The notes under the pieces: model-generated
What the model was told of the DNA's origin: nothing
The model's database searches: none
Seen by the model: only the letters and a program-made list of their open reading frames with translations
Part shown: positions 20,101 through 30,000 of the stretch, one piece after another
Layout of the letters: each line of letters opens with the position of its first letter
How positions within the stretch are numbered: the first letter of the stretch is position 1
Origin: Tubiluchus corallicola
Taxonomy: Eukaryota > Animalia > Priapulida
Direction of reading: 5' to 3'
Assembly (NCBI GenBank): GCA_030141605.1
Contig: JAQGDQ010000532.1
Location: 87,884 to 151,883, forward strand
DNA: 64,000 nucleotides
Position numbers and translations under genes: made by a program

Positions 20101-22680
20101 TTTTTAAACTGCAGCAAAATTGCCTAGTCAGAGATTATAGTAGCCGCCTTAGTTACTACGTACAGCTTAGAAAAAAAGCTAATGTTATTTAACGGCGTGT
20201 GTAAGGTGATCATGGCTGAGCAGATAATTTTGAGAGTAACAGTAGCATGATTCTTTAGATGCCAATTTATTATTGTGAAAACCTGTAGTGTTCTGTTGTA
20301 TCTTTCTTAATCTTTGCTTTTTAATACTGGAGCTGAATGTCTAACGACTGTCCTGTTAGGAACTGCTTTTCCAGACCGATGCATAGAAAAAAATCGTTCA
20401 CATCATCATGCTGAAAAGGGAAAGTGCGACTCCAGGATGCAAATAATTTAACAATTTGTGGCTTCACCCACGAAACAAATGAGCAAAACATTAAAAAGTT
20501 GGGGTGCCAGAAGTTCTTTACCCCCCCGAGTGCCACAAGCACTTACTATGCCACTGTTATTTTTTATTCTAGCAGTCTGTCCTGACGTGTTTTCTTTCAT
20601 GATTTTCATCCTGTAAGTTTTTGGTTAACAGTTCCTTCTAGGCTGCTAGCATCTTTTGGGAGGAAAGCTGGGATGTCAACTGAGGAAAAGCACTATTTCA
20701 TTGATAGGTGGAGGCACTTGTGATTTACATTCAGAAATTAATAAAAACATTGGAATTGGTGTGCAACATTTTGATAAGGCAAATTTGAACGGTCCCAGTT
20801 TATATTTTCAGGATAATTCCAGGTTGTTTTAGCAGCATCTTAGAAAGGGCTTTGTATTCCCAGGATAATTACAAGTGCAAGATTTTATAAGGCAAATTTG
20901 AACCGTCCCAGTTTGTATATTCAGGATAATTCCAGGTTGTTTTAGCAGCATCTTAGAAACGGCTTTGTATTCCCAGGATAATTACAAGTGCAAGATTTTG
21001 ATAAGGCAAATTTGGACGTTCCCAGTTTGTATATTCAGGATAATTCCAGGTTGTTTTAGCAGCATCTTAGAAAGGGCTTTGTATTCCCAGGATAATTACA
21101 AGTGCAAGATTTTGATAAGGCAAATTTGAACCGTCCCAGTTTGTATATTCAGGATAATTCCAGGTTGTTTTAGCAGCATCTTAGAAAGGGCTTTGTATTC
21201 CCAGGATAATTACAAGTGCAAGATTTTGATAAGGCAAATTTGAAAAGGGCTTTGTATTCCCGGGATAATTACAAGTTTTTTTCAGCGTGGCTTGGGAAGG
21301 GAGGCTGGCAGTTCTCGGCTTTACTTCCGGAATTATTCCAAAGGTGCCCGCTAACTTGCCTCTTCTTCGTAACTTTTCTGTTGTGGGTTCTTTGTGGAGC
21401 GGTGGAGGGAAGCAAGAGGTCTTTCAGGTACCTCCAATTCCTAGAACATTTGAAAATTCAGATCATTTATCAGGTAGAGAAAGTTGTAGAAGGTGCATTT
21501 ACAAACAGGATACTAGTTCACTTTTCTTAGGGTCTGAATACTTTATTTTTCAGGTAGAATTTTCTTACAATTTTTCAGTAAATATTTTTGGAACGGATAC
21601 AAATGCAGATATCTGTGCATCAGAAATAAATTGTATTTGTATCAATTAGCAAAACATTGTAAGAGGTTGTTTAGGAATGGAGAAGCAAAGGAAGATCTTT
21701 TTCTAGCTTTAGGTTGAGCAGAGAAAGAATGCAGTTGATTTTGCAATTGCATATGTAATTAATACCAAGCTTGCAGGGCAGGTTGCTAAGTGTTGCTGTT
21801 TTGCCTACATGGCATTAGAGTATGGTGGTCATAAACTCTAAGCAACTCAGTGATGAGACAATAGATAATTTTATGTGTTTCCCTCAAGGTGTACAAATTT
21901 CACTTATGCTCACAAGTTTTTTTTATTACTTATGTTTGTGTTCATTTTGTAAAACTACAATTGCAAAAGTCATTTTCTACACAGAATATTAAATTAACTT
22001 AGTTTAAGTGACAAGTTATGAAACATTATATTATGAAGTCTTCCATTTGCTGTTCTGCCTAAACTCAACAGCAGCAGCTAAATCTGACCTGTATGTATGC
22101 TGCTCAAATATCAGTAAGATAGAGCTGCATTAAAAAGGTTTACCAGTTATTACTATTAATACTATTAATTACTGCACTAACTGATAAGTTGAACGTCATT
22201 TTTTTGCAGAAAAATGTGGAAGATGTTATCAATATGGTCTCTCAACAATATGTAGACCCGTACATCTACAAGGTTTATCCGTTAGAACAGGTAAGTCTTT
22301 CTTAATTTCACTTTGTATTTTGTTTATACATTCTCAGATGAACTAATTTTCTTTGAAATTTGTAAAATTGCATGTAAACAGTCGTCTGTATGGCAGCTAC
22401 AACTAGGTTTAATTTAATGTTGATAAAATGGTTAGTTTCCTAAACATTTGAAAGCATTCTAGCATCAGTTAGTTTCACAATTATTTTGGTACATGGCGAC
22501 AATTAACTGTGCTGGTAATCGTAACAATATATTACACGTGGTGACACCTACTGACAAAAAAGAGAACCATTACGCTGATGCCTCTTTAATGTTGATTTTT
22601 TATCCCAGATTAATGAGGCCATGAAGTTAATCAGCGAGCGGAAATCCATGGGAAAAATTGTCATCTCCATGGCAACGTGA
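8060..22680 (+). CDS. CRYZL2: Quinone oxidoreductase-like protein 2 (zeta-crystallin/MDR family, NADPH-binding, zinc-independent); complete gene, 361 aa with exon 7a or 359 aa with exon 7b
   Basis: join(8060-8136,8401-8512,13670-13766,14398-14519,15093-15287,17283-17464,19044-19191 OR 21286-21427,22210-22290,22609-22680). All introns are GT-AG and all phases match. Motifs: AAVCTKLKEPL, GLNFYD..G.YQ..P..PFIPGLEYSG.V, ETVLITAAAGATGLAAVDIA (Rossmann), GVDVILDFVGG, RKSMGKIVI. The orthology label is from recalled family motifs, not a search. Confidence 0.92.
8401..8512 (+). CDS. CRYZL2: QOR-like exon 2 (LPNVNTLRSFTAAVCTKLKEPLVIQDMPQQKHLKQGE)
   Basis: Acceptor ttcctattag|G, donor GAG|GTATTC; MDR N-terminal strand. 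Confidence 0.88.
10157..11085. repeat. Compound (CT/GT) microsatellite inside the Sola3-type element
   Basis: About 930 bp of CTCT/GTCT/GTGT; source of six spurious ORFs. Confidence 0.97.
11838..12124. repeat. 144-bp near-perfect tandem duplication with GGGCCC palindromes
   Basis: ttgtacacgaaactg at 11838 and 11982. Confidence 0.92.
13670..13766 (+). CDS. CRYZL2: QOR-like exon 3 (VRIAIHNAGLNFYDNLMVAGLYQVRPKTPFIPG)
   Basis: Acceptor cttacag|, donor CAG|GTAAAA; GLNFxD and PFIPG motifs. Confidence 0.93.
14398..14519 (+). CDS. CRYZL2: QOR-like exon 4 (LEYSGEVVEVGEETERFQPGDRVVGLSQGSFATETVVTEK)
   Basis: Acceptor ttgtag|, donor AAG|GTATGG; GxExSGxVxxVG...GDRV motif. Confidence 0.93.
14541..14716. 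repeat. Degenerate ~22-bp tandem array with an RFX X-box-like core (ATTGCCATAGCAAC)
   Basis: About 8 variants directly after QOR exon 4. Confidence 0.65.
15093..15287 (+). CDS. CRYZL2: QOR-like exon 5 (SDIWLLP...ETVLITAAAGATGLAAVDIATNVFKAK)
   Basis: Acceptor gcttcag|, donor AAG|GTATCG; AxxGxxG nucleotide-binding motif. Confidence 0.92.
15442..15911. mobile_element. Tc1/mariner (pogo/Tigger-like) MITE
   Basis: TA|CAGTCAACCTCGTTTATAAAGGACAC ... GTGTCTTTTATAACCGAGGTTGACTA|TA; internal repeated cggttataaggg motifs. Confidence 0.82.
16570..16842. repeat. 54-bp minisatellite, about 5 copies
   Basis: aacaagtattgcggcccct at 16571, 16625, 16679, 16733 and 16787. Confidence 0.95.
17283..17464 (+). 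CDS. CRYZL2: QOR-like exon 6 (VIAAAGSEEKCSLVRERGAFATVDY...GKGVDVILDFVGGDVFDQCLK)
   Basis: Acceptor tttag|, donor TG|GTAAGC; phase 0 to 2. Confidence 0.93.
18055..18690 (+). mobile_element. Dispersed repeat, probable non-autonomous DNA transposon fragment (copy 1)
   Basis: Colinear with ~29615-30135 and partly with ~32135-32260 (aaatgctaaatatatt.gacttttatattcta; gatgaacttggtatcaaa.tgatcctca; acgattttgctatgcaagcacac). Confidence 0.75.
19044..19191 (+). CDS. CRYZL2: QOR-like exon 7a (IAWEGRVVILGFTSGTIPQIPANQLLLKNISVLGSYWGEYSNWQPDRFQ)
   Basis: Acceptor tgtttcag|C, donor CAG|GTGTGT; phase 2 to 0. Confidence 0.9.
19637..19772. repeat. ~40-bp tandem repeat, about 3 copies
   Basis: gcgtatgtatgtacaattgtgcgtagttgtatgcgt repeated. 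Confidence 0.9.
20765..21280. repeat. 114-bp minisatellite, about 4.4 copies, abutting exon 7b
   Basis: aaggcaaatttg at 20776, 20889, 21003, 21117 and 21231. Confidence 0.93.
21286..21427 (+). CDS. CRYZL2: QOR-like exon 7b, duplicated alternative exon (VAWEGRLAVLGFTSGIIPKVPANLPLLRNFSVVGSLWSGGGKQEVFQ)
   Basis: Acceptor tttttttcag|C, donor CAG|GTACCT; same phases as 7a, open frame, clear paralogy to 7a. Confidence 0.8.
22210..22290 (+). CDS. CRYZL2: QOR-like exon 8 (KNVEDVINMVSQQYVDPYIYKVYPLEQ)
   Basis: Acceptor ttttgcag|, donor CAG|GTAAGT. Confidence 0.9.
22609..22680 (+). CDS. CRYZL2: QOR-like exon 9, terminal (INEAMKLISERKSMGKIVISMAT*)
   Basis: Acceptor tatcccag|; RKSxGKIVI C-terminal MDR motif; TGA at 22678-22680. 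Confidence 0.92.
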   Translation: MNEAMKLISERKSMGKIVISMAT

Positions 22681-22889
22681 TGCAATGAAACTGTCACCAA
22701 TCAAAGCAGTTCAAAGATTTTTTTATACTAATATTTAAGATGATTGTTTTCCATAACGTAAATACAAAAATTGAAAATATAATTCTACGATTCCGTTGTG
22801 GTAAATTTCATTATTGCATTTAGTAAAATCTTACAAACGAAAATTATTGAACAGAAAATGTAGATAAAATAGAACACATTATTTTTTTC

Positions 22890-22895
22890 AATAAA
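22890..22895 (+). terminator. Candidate poly(A) signal of the QOR-like gene
   Basis: AATAAA about 210 nt after the stop codon. Confidence 0.45.
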
Positions 22896-23627
22896 GTCAA
22901 TTTATTTTTATAAATAAGCCGATTATTTGTATAGTAATAATAATCATAATATCGTCATTAATAATCAAGACACAGACATCAAAAATCGTAAAACAATTCA
23001 TGCTGTTCTATTCATCAAATAGTGAAATCTCAAAAAAATTGTGCAACTTGCTCTGTGCAGATTCTAAACCATCACTTTAATACATTTTATCCGTTTGTAA
23101 ATAAAAAATCTATAACACTGACAAAATTGTTAACATAGTATTTGAACAATAAAAATTAACAAATAAGCCAGACATACTATACTAATTATGGAGTTCTACT
23201 AACGAAGTCCGTCATTTGTCAATTTATTTGTCAAAATTCAAACCTACAATTACTTACTACTCTGGTTCTTTAATTCAAAGTGCAATTAATTCTATTCTCT
23301 GTTTTATTAATATCACTTATATTAACGACTAAGTACCGGGATATTGCTTTAGAAATTACATCATTATCATTTTTACATACATCTATTTACCGATCTTATC
23401 ACGATAAATAACGCTAACTCGAAACTTGCTAATAGTCATCTCTTCCTATTTTCACCATCTATACAAAAGAGTATAGTACAAAGAATGTATGACAATGTTT
23501 GTCTACTGTACCGCAGATACTATAGTATACATATACGCTTGCTAATACTGTTGTAATGAGTCAAGCTAACTCATAGTTCCACACTCATTAGATTACAAGA
23601 TTTAATTTACACAGAAGAATGCCATCA

Positions 23628-25080
23628 ATACAGCAACTGCAGTTTGACAATAAAACATTTTGTACAGAAACATGTCATCAATGCAGCACGTGCAGTTTGA
23701 CAATAGAACATTTTGTACAGAAAAATGCCACCAATACAGCAAGTGCAGTTTGACAATAAAACATTTTGTACAGGAAAATGTCATCAATACAGCAACTGCA
23801 GTTTGACAATAGAACATTTTGTACAGAAAAATGTCGTCAATACAGCAACTGCAGTTTGACAATAGAACATTTTATACAGGAAAATGTCATCAATACAGCA
23901 ACTGCAGTTTGGCAATAGAACATTTTGTACAGAAAAATGTCATCAATGCAGCACGTGCAGTTTGACAATAGAACATTTTGTACAGAAAAATGTCATCAAT
24001 ACAGCACGTGCAGTTTGGCAATAGAACATTTTGTACAGGAAAATGTCATCAATGCAGCAACTGCAGTTTGGCAATAGAACATTTTGTACAGGAAAATGTC
24101 ATCAATACAGCAACTGCAGTTTGACAATAGAACATTTTATACAGGAAAATGTCATCAATACAGCAACTGCAGTTTGGCAATAGAACATTTTGTACAGGAA
24201 AATGTCATCAATACAGCAACTGCAGTTTGACAATAGAACATTTTGTACAGAAAAATGTCGTCAATACAGCAACTGCAGTTTGACAATAGAACATTTTGTA
24301 CAGGAAAATGTCATCAATACAGCAACTGCAGTTTGACAATAGAACATTTTGTACAGAAAAATGTCGTCAATACAGCAACTGCAGTTTGACAATAGAACAT
24401 TTTATACAGGAAAATGTCATCAATACAGCAACTGCAGTTTGACAATAGAACATTTTGTACAGAAAAATGTTGTCAATACAGCAACTGCAGTTTGACAATA
24501 GAACATTTTGTACAGAAAAATGTCGTCAATACAGCAACTGCAGTTTGACAATAGAACATTTTGTACAGGAAAATGTCATCAATACAGCAACTGCAGTTTG
24601 ACAATAGAACATTTTGTACAGAAAAATGTCGTCAATACAGCAACTGCAGTTTGACAATAGAACATTTTATACAGGAAAATGTCATCAATACAGCAACTGC
24701 AGTTTGGCAATAGAACATTTTGTACAGAAAAATGTCATCAATGCAGCACGTGCAGTTTGACAATAGAACATTTTGTACAGAAAAATGTCATCAATACAGC
24801 ACGTGCAGTTTGGCAATAGAACATTTTGTACAGGAAAATGTCATCAATGCAGCAACTGCAGTTTGGCAATAGAACATTTTGTACAGGAAAATGTCATCAA
24901 TACAGCAACTGCAGTTTGACAATAGAACATTTTATACAGGAAAATGTCATCAATACAGCAACTGCAGTTTGGCAATAGAACATTTTGTACAGAAAAATGT
25001 CATCAATACAGCAACTGCAGTTTGGCAATAGAACATTTTGTACAGAAAAATGTCATCAATACAGTAAGTGCAGTTTGACA
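23628..25080. repeat. 53-bp satellite, about 27 copies, between the convergent QOR and DOCK genes
   Basis: Unit aaaatgtcatcaatacagcaactgcagtttgacaatagaacattttgtacag(a/g). Confidence 0.97.
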
Positions 25081-25324
25081 AGGTTACACTATCAAGCATT
25101 CCGCTAATAATCACTAGGTGTCTCACAAAACGACTGTGTTAAACTTTATTAATTAAATGATTCAGTATAAAAATTCAATTGCTTTAGACTAACAGCGGCT
25201 AAGTTGTAAGTGAAATTCTGACATTACATATCTATATTTAAGTAAATACGTTTTTTACAAGAGATGCACTGATTTAATAATTCTCAGTTAGCAAACAGTC
25301 AATCTGTGTGATAATACAAATGAT

Positions 25325-25890
25325 CAGTGGCGTATCTAGGATGTGGCAGGTGCCTCGGGCGCCACTCAGCATGTTCCGAAAAAAAATGAATTTTCTTCTG
25401 TATGATGTATGAATAAATGTATGGTTTATCTTTTTGTGTGTGTGAGAAGCACTATAAGGTGGCCAGATTGTTAAAGAACTTGTGTAAATTATTATGCAAA
25501 AATATAGTGCTTGGGGCTACATGACCATGCATCTGTCACTGCTCGTGCTTAGTAGCAACTGGCAGTAGGATCATTCTCCCGCAAAAACTAGGCAGGTAAT
25601 TTAGAATTCTGTGCAAAATCTAAGAAAAATAAATGTTTTTATTAAAAAAAGTGTTATTTCTTATGTTAGTCATTTTTAAGAAGACCATGGAACGTTTTTT
25701 CATATTCTTCCATTTAACAAAGGTTTTTGAATTCTTCTTTTGTATAGTTCGTTCTATATCCTACCACAATACTCTCTGTGTATATTTAAATAAAATAAAC
25801 AAAAATGAAAAAAGATTCATGTCAGATGTTTGGACATGTGCGCAACATCAGTGCTTTCCACAGGAGCCATTTTCCCTAGATACGCCCCTG
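25325..25890. mobile_element. hAT-like MITE
   Basis: TIRs CAGTGGCGTATCTAGG ... CCTAGATACGCCCCTG; flanks caaatgat/caaacaac look like a decayed 8-bp TSD. Confidence 0.7.
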
Positions 25891-26434
25891 CAAACAACAT
25901 TATTACTACATTATTTAGTCCTAAGAAAACGTGATAATACATGGTAATGGAATGTTTTTGTGACGCGGGCAGTTCACTGGCACAAATACTTGAATCCGTA
26001 TGCTCGATTGCTCCCACTACACTAATGCAAACGGACGTTTTGTAAATAATATTTATAACAGGAGCATAAGACGTTACAAAAAAACCTTTTAAAATTAAGT
26101 ACAAGCACTTTATGCATGCAAAACAAACTGTTTACAATAATTGTTACTATAGTGATTTAAACAAAACAAATAATAATAACACTAGGCAACAGACAAGCAG
26201 CACATTCACTGAACAATATTAATTATCTGCAAATCATAAAAATATTAAATTTACATAGAGCATTTTTGGCAATAATACAATAACTTATATACAGAAGAAA
26301 ACGCATAAGCTATTACTGCAAAAAATCTCATTTTTTCCTAATAAACAATAAAATACAATTGTAATAATAAAAAGCTACTGGCACACTTTAATTCGGTAGA
26401 ATTAGAATCATTATATAACGAGTGTAAACATAAA

Positions 26435-27025
26435 TCATAATCGTTCGCTTTCTGGCAGGTATTCAAGATTAACCTGCTTTTGATTTTCACCGGTAGGTAA
26501 AACTGCTTCGATGTCCACTAGGTGGTGTGTGTCGTCGCGGGGAATGTCGGGTGTGCTCGGCTTCCGCACTGGCACCGGCGGTACCTTGGACAGGTTGGGC
26601 AATTCTCGATCAGAACTGACCTTTCGGTTCTGCCATATGTTGGACTGTGACTTGGATTTTGTGGGGCGTGGAGGAGGGGGTGTAGCCTCCACTTTGCCCG
26701 GTCGGTCGGGAACAGGCGGAACTGATTTTGTGGGGCGCACTGGCTTTGCTGGCGCCCTCTGAGGGCTTTTGTCAAGTTTGGGGTGATCTTGAGAAAAAGA
26801 ACGGCCGATTTTGACAACGTGCTTGGAGGAGGTGGTGTGAACCACGCTGGTTGTCCGCACGCTGCTGGAGTGCACTTTCATCGGCTTTTCCTTTGCCTGA
26901 GGAGAAGAGCCGTTCTGCACAGGAGAACGATGAAGAGGAGAGCGAGGAGAGGTGACGTCTTGTACTGGAGAGCGAGACGGAATCGCTGGAGAAATGTTTG
27001 CTGGTGTAACATCTGGTCTGGAACC
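26435..27025 (-). CDS. DOCK3/4: DOCK terminal exon, Pro/Ser-rich with multiple PxxP motifs
   Basis: Acceptor tgtttcag|GGT; 197 codons to TGA; PPVPDRP, PPPPRPTK, PPVPVRKP. Confidence 0.9.
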   Translation of the reverse strand, partial: GSRPDVTPANISPAIPSRSPVQDVTSPRSPLHRSPVQNGSSPQAKEKPMKVHSSSVRTTSVVHTTSSKHVVKIGRSFSQDHPKLDKSPQRAPAKPVRPTKSVPPVPDRPGKVEATPPPPRPTKSKSQSNIWQNRKVSSDRELPNLSKVPPVPVRKPSTPDIPRDDTHHLVDIEAVLPTGENQKQVNLEYLPESERL

Positions 27026-30000
27026 CTGAAACACGGACAATACAAATTACTACATTAGAATTTCAATTTAAACTAGATTAGAATTTATTAAACAAATCTG
27101 TTTTTTGTTTCGCAATAGAAAAGATAGTACCTTAGTAATAAACTTAGATTTGAATAGACGAAAGTAATTTCGATTTTTCCTTTTAAGAATAAACAGAGAG
27201 TTCTTTACTAATAAGCAATGAAAAAAGGTTAAACAAATACAATTAGCCACCATTTTCAAACAATGATGCCAGCAGGCTAATGGCACATTCAGACTAGAGA
27301 GTTTTCTCGCCAAGTAACTCACAAGCTTATTCACACTAGAGACCAATAGTTGCTGCAAGTTACTCTCCTACTCTCCTATTTTCCATTCACTACTACAAGA
27401 GTAACTTGCCGAGGCATTTACACTAGATAGTAACTCACAGCAAATGTGAGACAGTTTGCAATGACCTTGTCAACAGTAACTCATAAAGCAATTCACAGAG
27501 AGAGAGAGCTCATGACAGAAAACTCGCTAGTCTGACTCTGAAAGTGCCATAGCACTATAGAAGAAATAGTCCTGCGACCTACAGCAATATTGTCTTTAAC
27601 AAAAATGTCACACCAAAATTAAAACAGTTGCATATATACTGAAGAAAAGATATTTGTGCTGGTAACAACACTTCCAGTAAAGTCTGTCTGAGTATCTAAA
27701 AATAAGATGCATTTATTATATAAATGTGTATTGGTAAGAATCATCATTAAGATACTGAGTTTGGAATCATTTACCTTTCGTCCTGGTAACCGAGGCGGAG
27801 CGTCAATATCACACGTTGGCGTGGTGTCTCCACCAGATGGGACAGGCGACAGACTTGATCCTGCACCTGTTACACATAATGAGATTAAATAATTACGGCA
27901 AAAACCTGACAAATAATCGCTTTATATCTAAGAGAAATTATCTGCAACCTGAGGCAGCATTCTAAACGTGGCACATTAAAAACGACGTAGGCGAAAGCCA
28001 TCACTCCAAAGCTAGAAATTTCAAAAATAACCCACCCTACATGCAATGAATAACCCTTACAATCATACCTTAAAACAATTTTTCATTTCTGCAACATACA
28101 AACTTTTACAAATAGCTTATTCTAACAATAATTAAATCTAAAATCGAATACTTAATATGCATATTGTCCCAAAGAATATTGGTAAGCACCATTAATGCAA
28201 TTGCAGGAAAGGTTGACATTATACATTGCATTTTAAGTTTTCAATTTAGATTTAATTCACCAATAGATGTCTCTGCTGGGAAACTGGCATTAGCAACAAA
28301 GACTCAGCTTATGTACAGCGGGTATGTTGCTAAGACAACAGCAACGGCAATGGCGTGCAAACAGATCATATGAAAGCATCTGCGATGACACAAGTTTGTG
28401 CCACAACAAACGTAGCTGAGGTGTCTGAGTTCCAAGAGAGAAAATTAAAATTGAAACTGTCTGAGTTCAGCTCAGTTAAATTTACAGTAATACTAGTTCA
28501 GGATCAATATTCCAGTTGATGTTTTAACAATTTCTACAGCCGATCTTATGTAAAATACAAATCCACATAGACTGTTAGCACTTTCAGAAAGGCGTTTTCC
28601 CCAACAGCGCCATCTAGAGAGTTTTTCTGCTAATTTCTTCTCACTGCAGTTTTATTAAATTAAGGCAAATTCTTTGATACAACAAGCTGATAGTAAAATG
28701 TCTCTGATACCATACACTAACATGGCAAAAACAATAACCAAAACACTGTATGGGAGGCAAACAATAGACAGCAAAGAAGCCAATGGTCTTTTGTCACAAT
28801 AAAAATTCTTTAAACACAAACCGAGCTTCATAAACTATAAAGCCCGTGTCACACGAAGCTGGACATGATCCGTAAGGCGTAAGCTATAAGGAGTAAAAGC
28901 TGCCACATGAAAATTAACATATTATAATCAATCGTCATTGTCACAAGGGAATCCATTTGCCATCTTCTTATAACTAGCATAAATGATAATTAACAAAAGA
29001 GTTTAGCTGAACTGGAATAATGCAAAACAAAAAACATATTATAAAACGCATTTTGAAAGCTACCATAATAATATACAGAGCAACTGAAAACAGTGTAGCT
29101 TAGTTCAGCAACAATCTACACAGAATGCAAAAGCATCAAATTGTTAACTTAGGTTTAAATATTTCAGCCAACTCAATCTAATGTTCAGAAAATCAACGTG
29201 AAGCCATTCAAATGCGAATATTTGACGGTGAACGTACTTTCATCAGACTCATTATTGTCATCATCATCATCATTAACAGCTACTGGTTTACTGTAGTCGG
29301 CTGCTGCTTCCATACTTTTTAGAATACGGTCGTGTATTTTCAACATTTCTATTTTAAAATTTTAATATTTCGCTTAGTTTGCTAACAAATTTCTCACTGT
29401 ATTCGAACAAACTTACGATAATGAAATAATGTATACTATTTCAGTGTATAATATATTATGCTTATATTTTAACTAATTATTTATTTAACCTATGCTATTA
29501 TTTATTCACTAATCCTTGTAAATAATTCTACTGTACCTGAGTATGAACGAGTAAAAATAATAAGAAGAAAATGATAGATGTAGCTACTTGTGAATTTGTA
29601 AAACAACATTAATTGTGTGCTTGCAAACCGTCCATAAGTCGGAACAGTTAAAACTACATAATGATGCTAAAAGGTAGAAAGCACCAAAAATTTCGTCAAA
29701 CGTCGATTTTTTAATTTTTTTTATGAAAACAAATGCTAAATATATTGGACTTTTATATTCTAGCATCAAATTATCAGAAAAATGTCCGAAAATACTAAAA
29801 ATCTAATTCTATAACTCATTACCCACTTTTATGTCTAGAAACTATTACTGCAATTGTAAAAAAACTGTATTTTCTAACTCCGATTGTAACTTGTGGAAGT
29901 AGTCACTTTGCTTCGGGTTTTTTCTTTTGACAAGACCGAATCTTCGTCAGGAAGAGCCATCCACTGGATTTAAACCTGCACTGAACTTCAACATGGATTA

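Noticed and set aside
20641-20710. Possible third decayed copy of exon 7 (tag|c atc ttt tgg gag gaa agc)
   Set aside because: Similarity spans only about 20 nt and a stop follows within 10 codons; not distinguishable from chance.
23628-25080. Possible CRISPR array
   Set aside because: Head-to-tail satellite with no spacers and no cas genes.
26511-27058. + strand ORFs overlapping the DOCK terminal exon
   Set aside because: Antisense shadows of a GC-rich Pro/Ser-coding exon.
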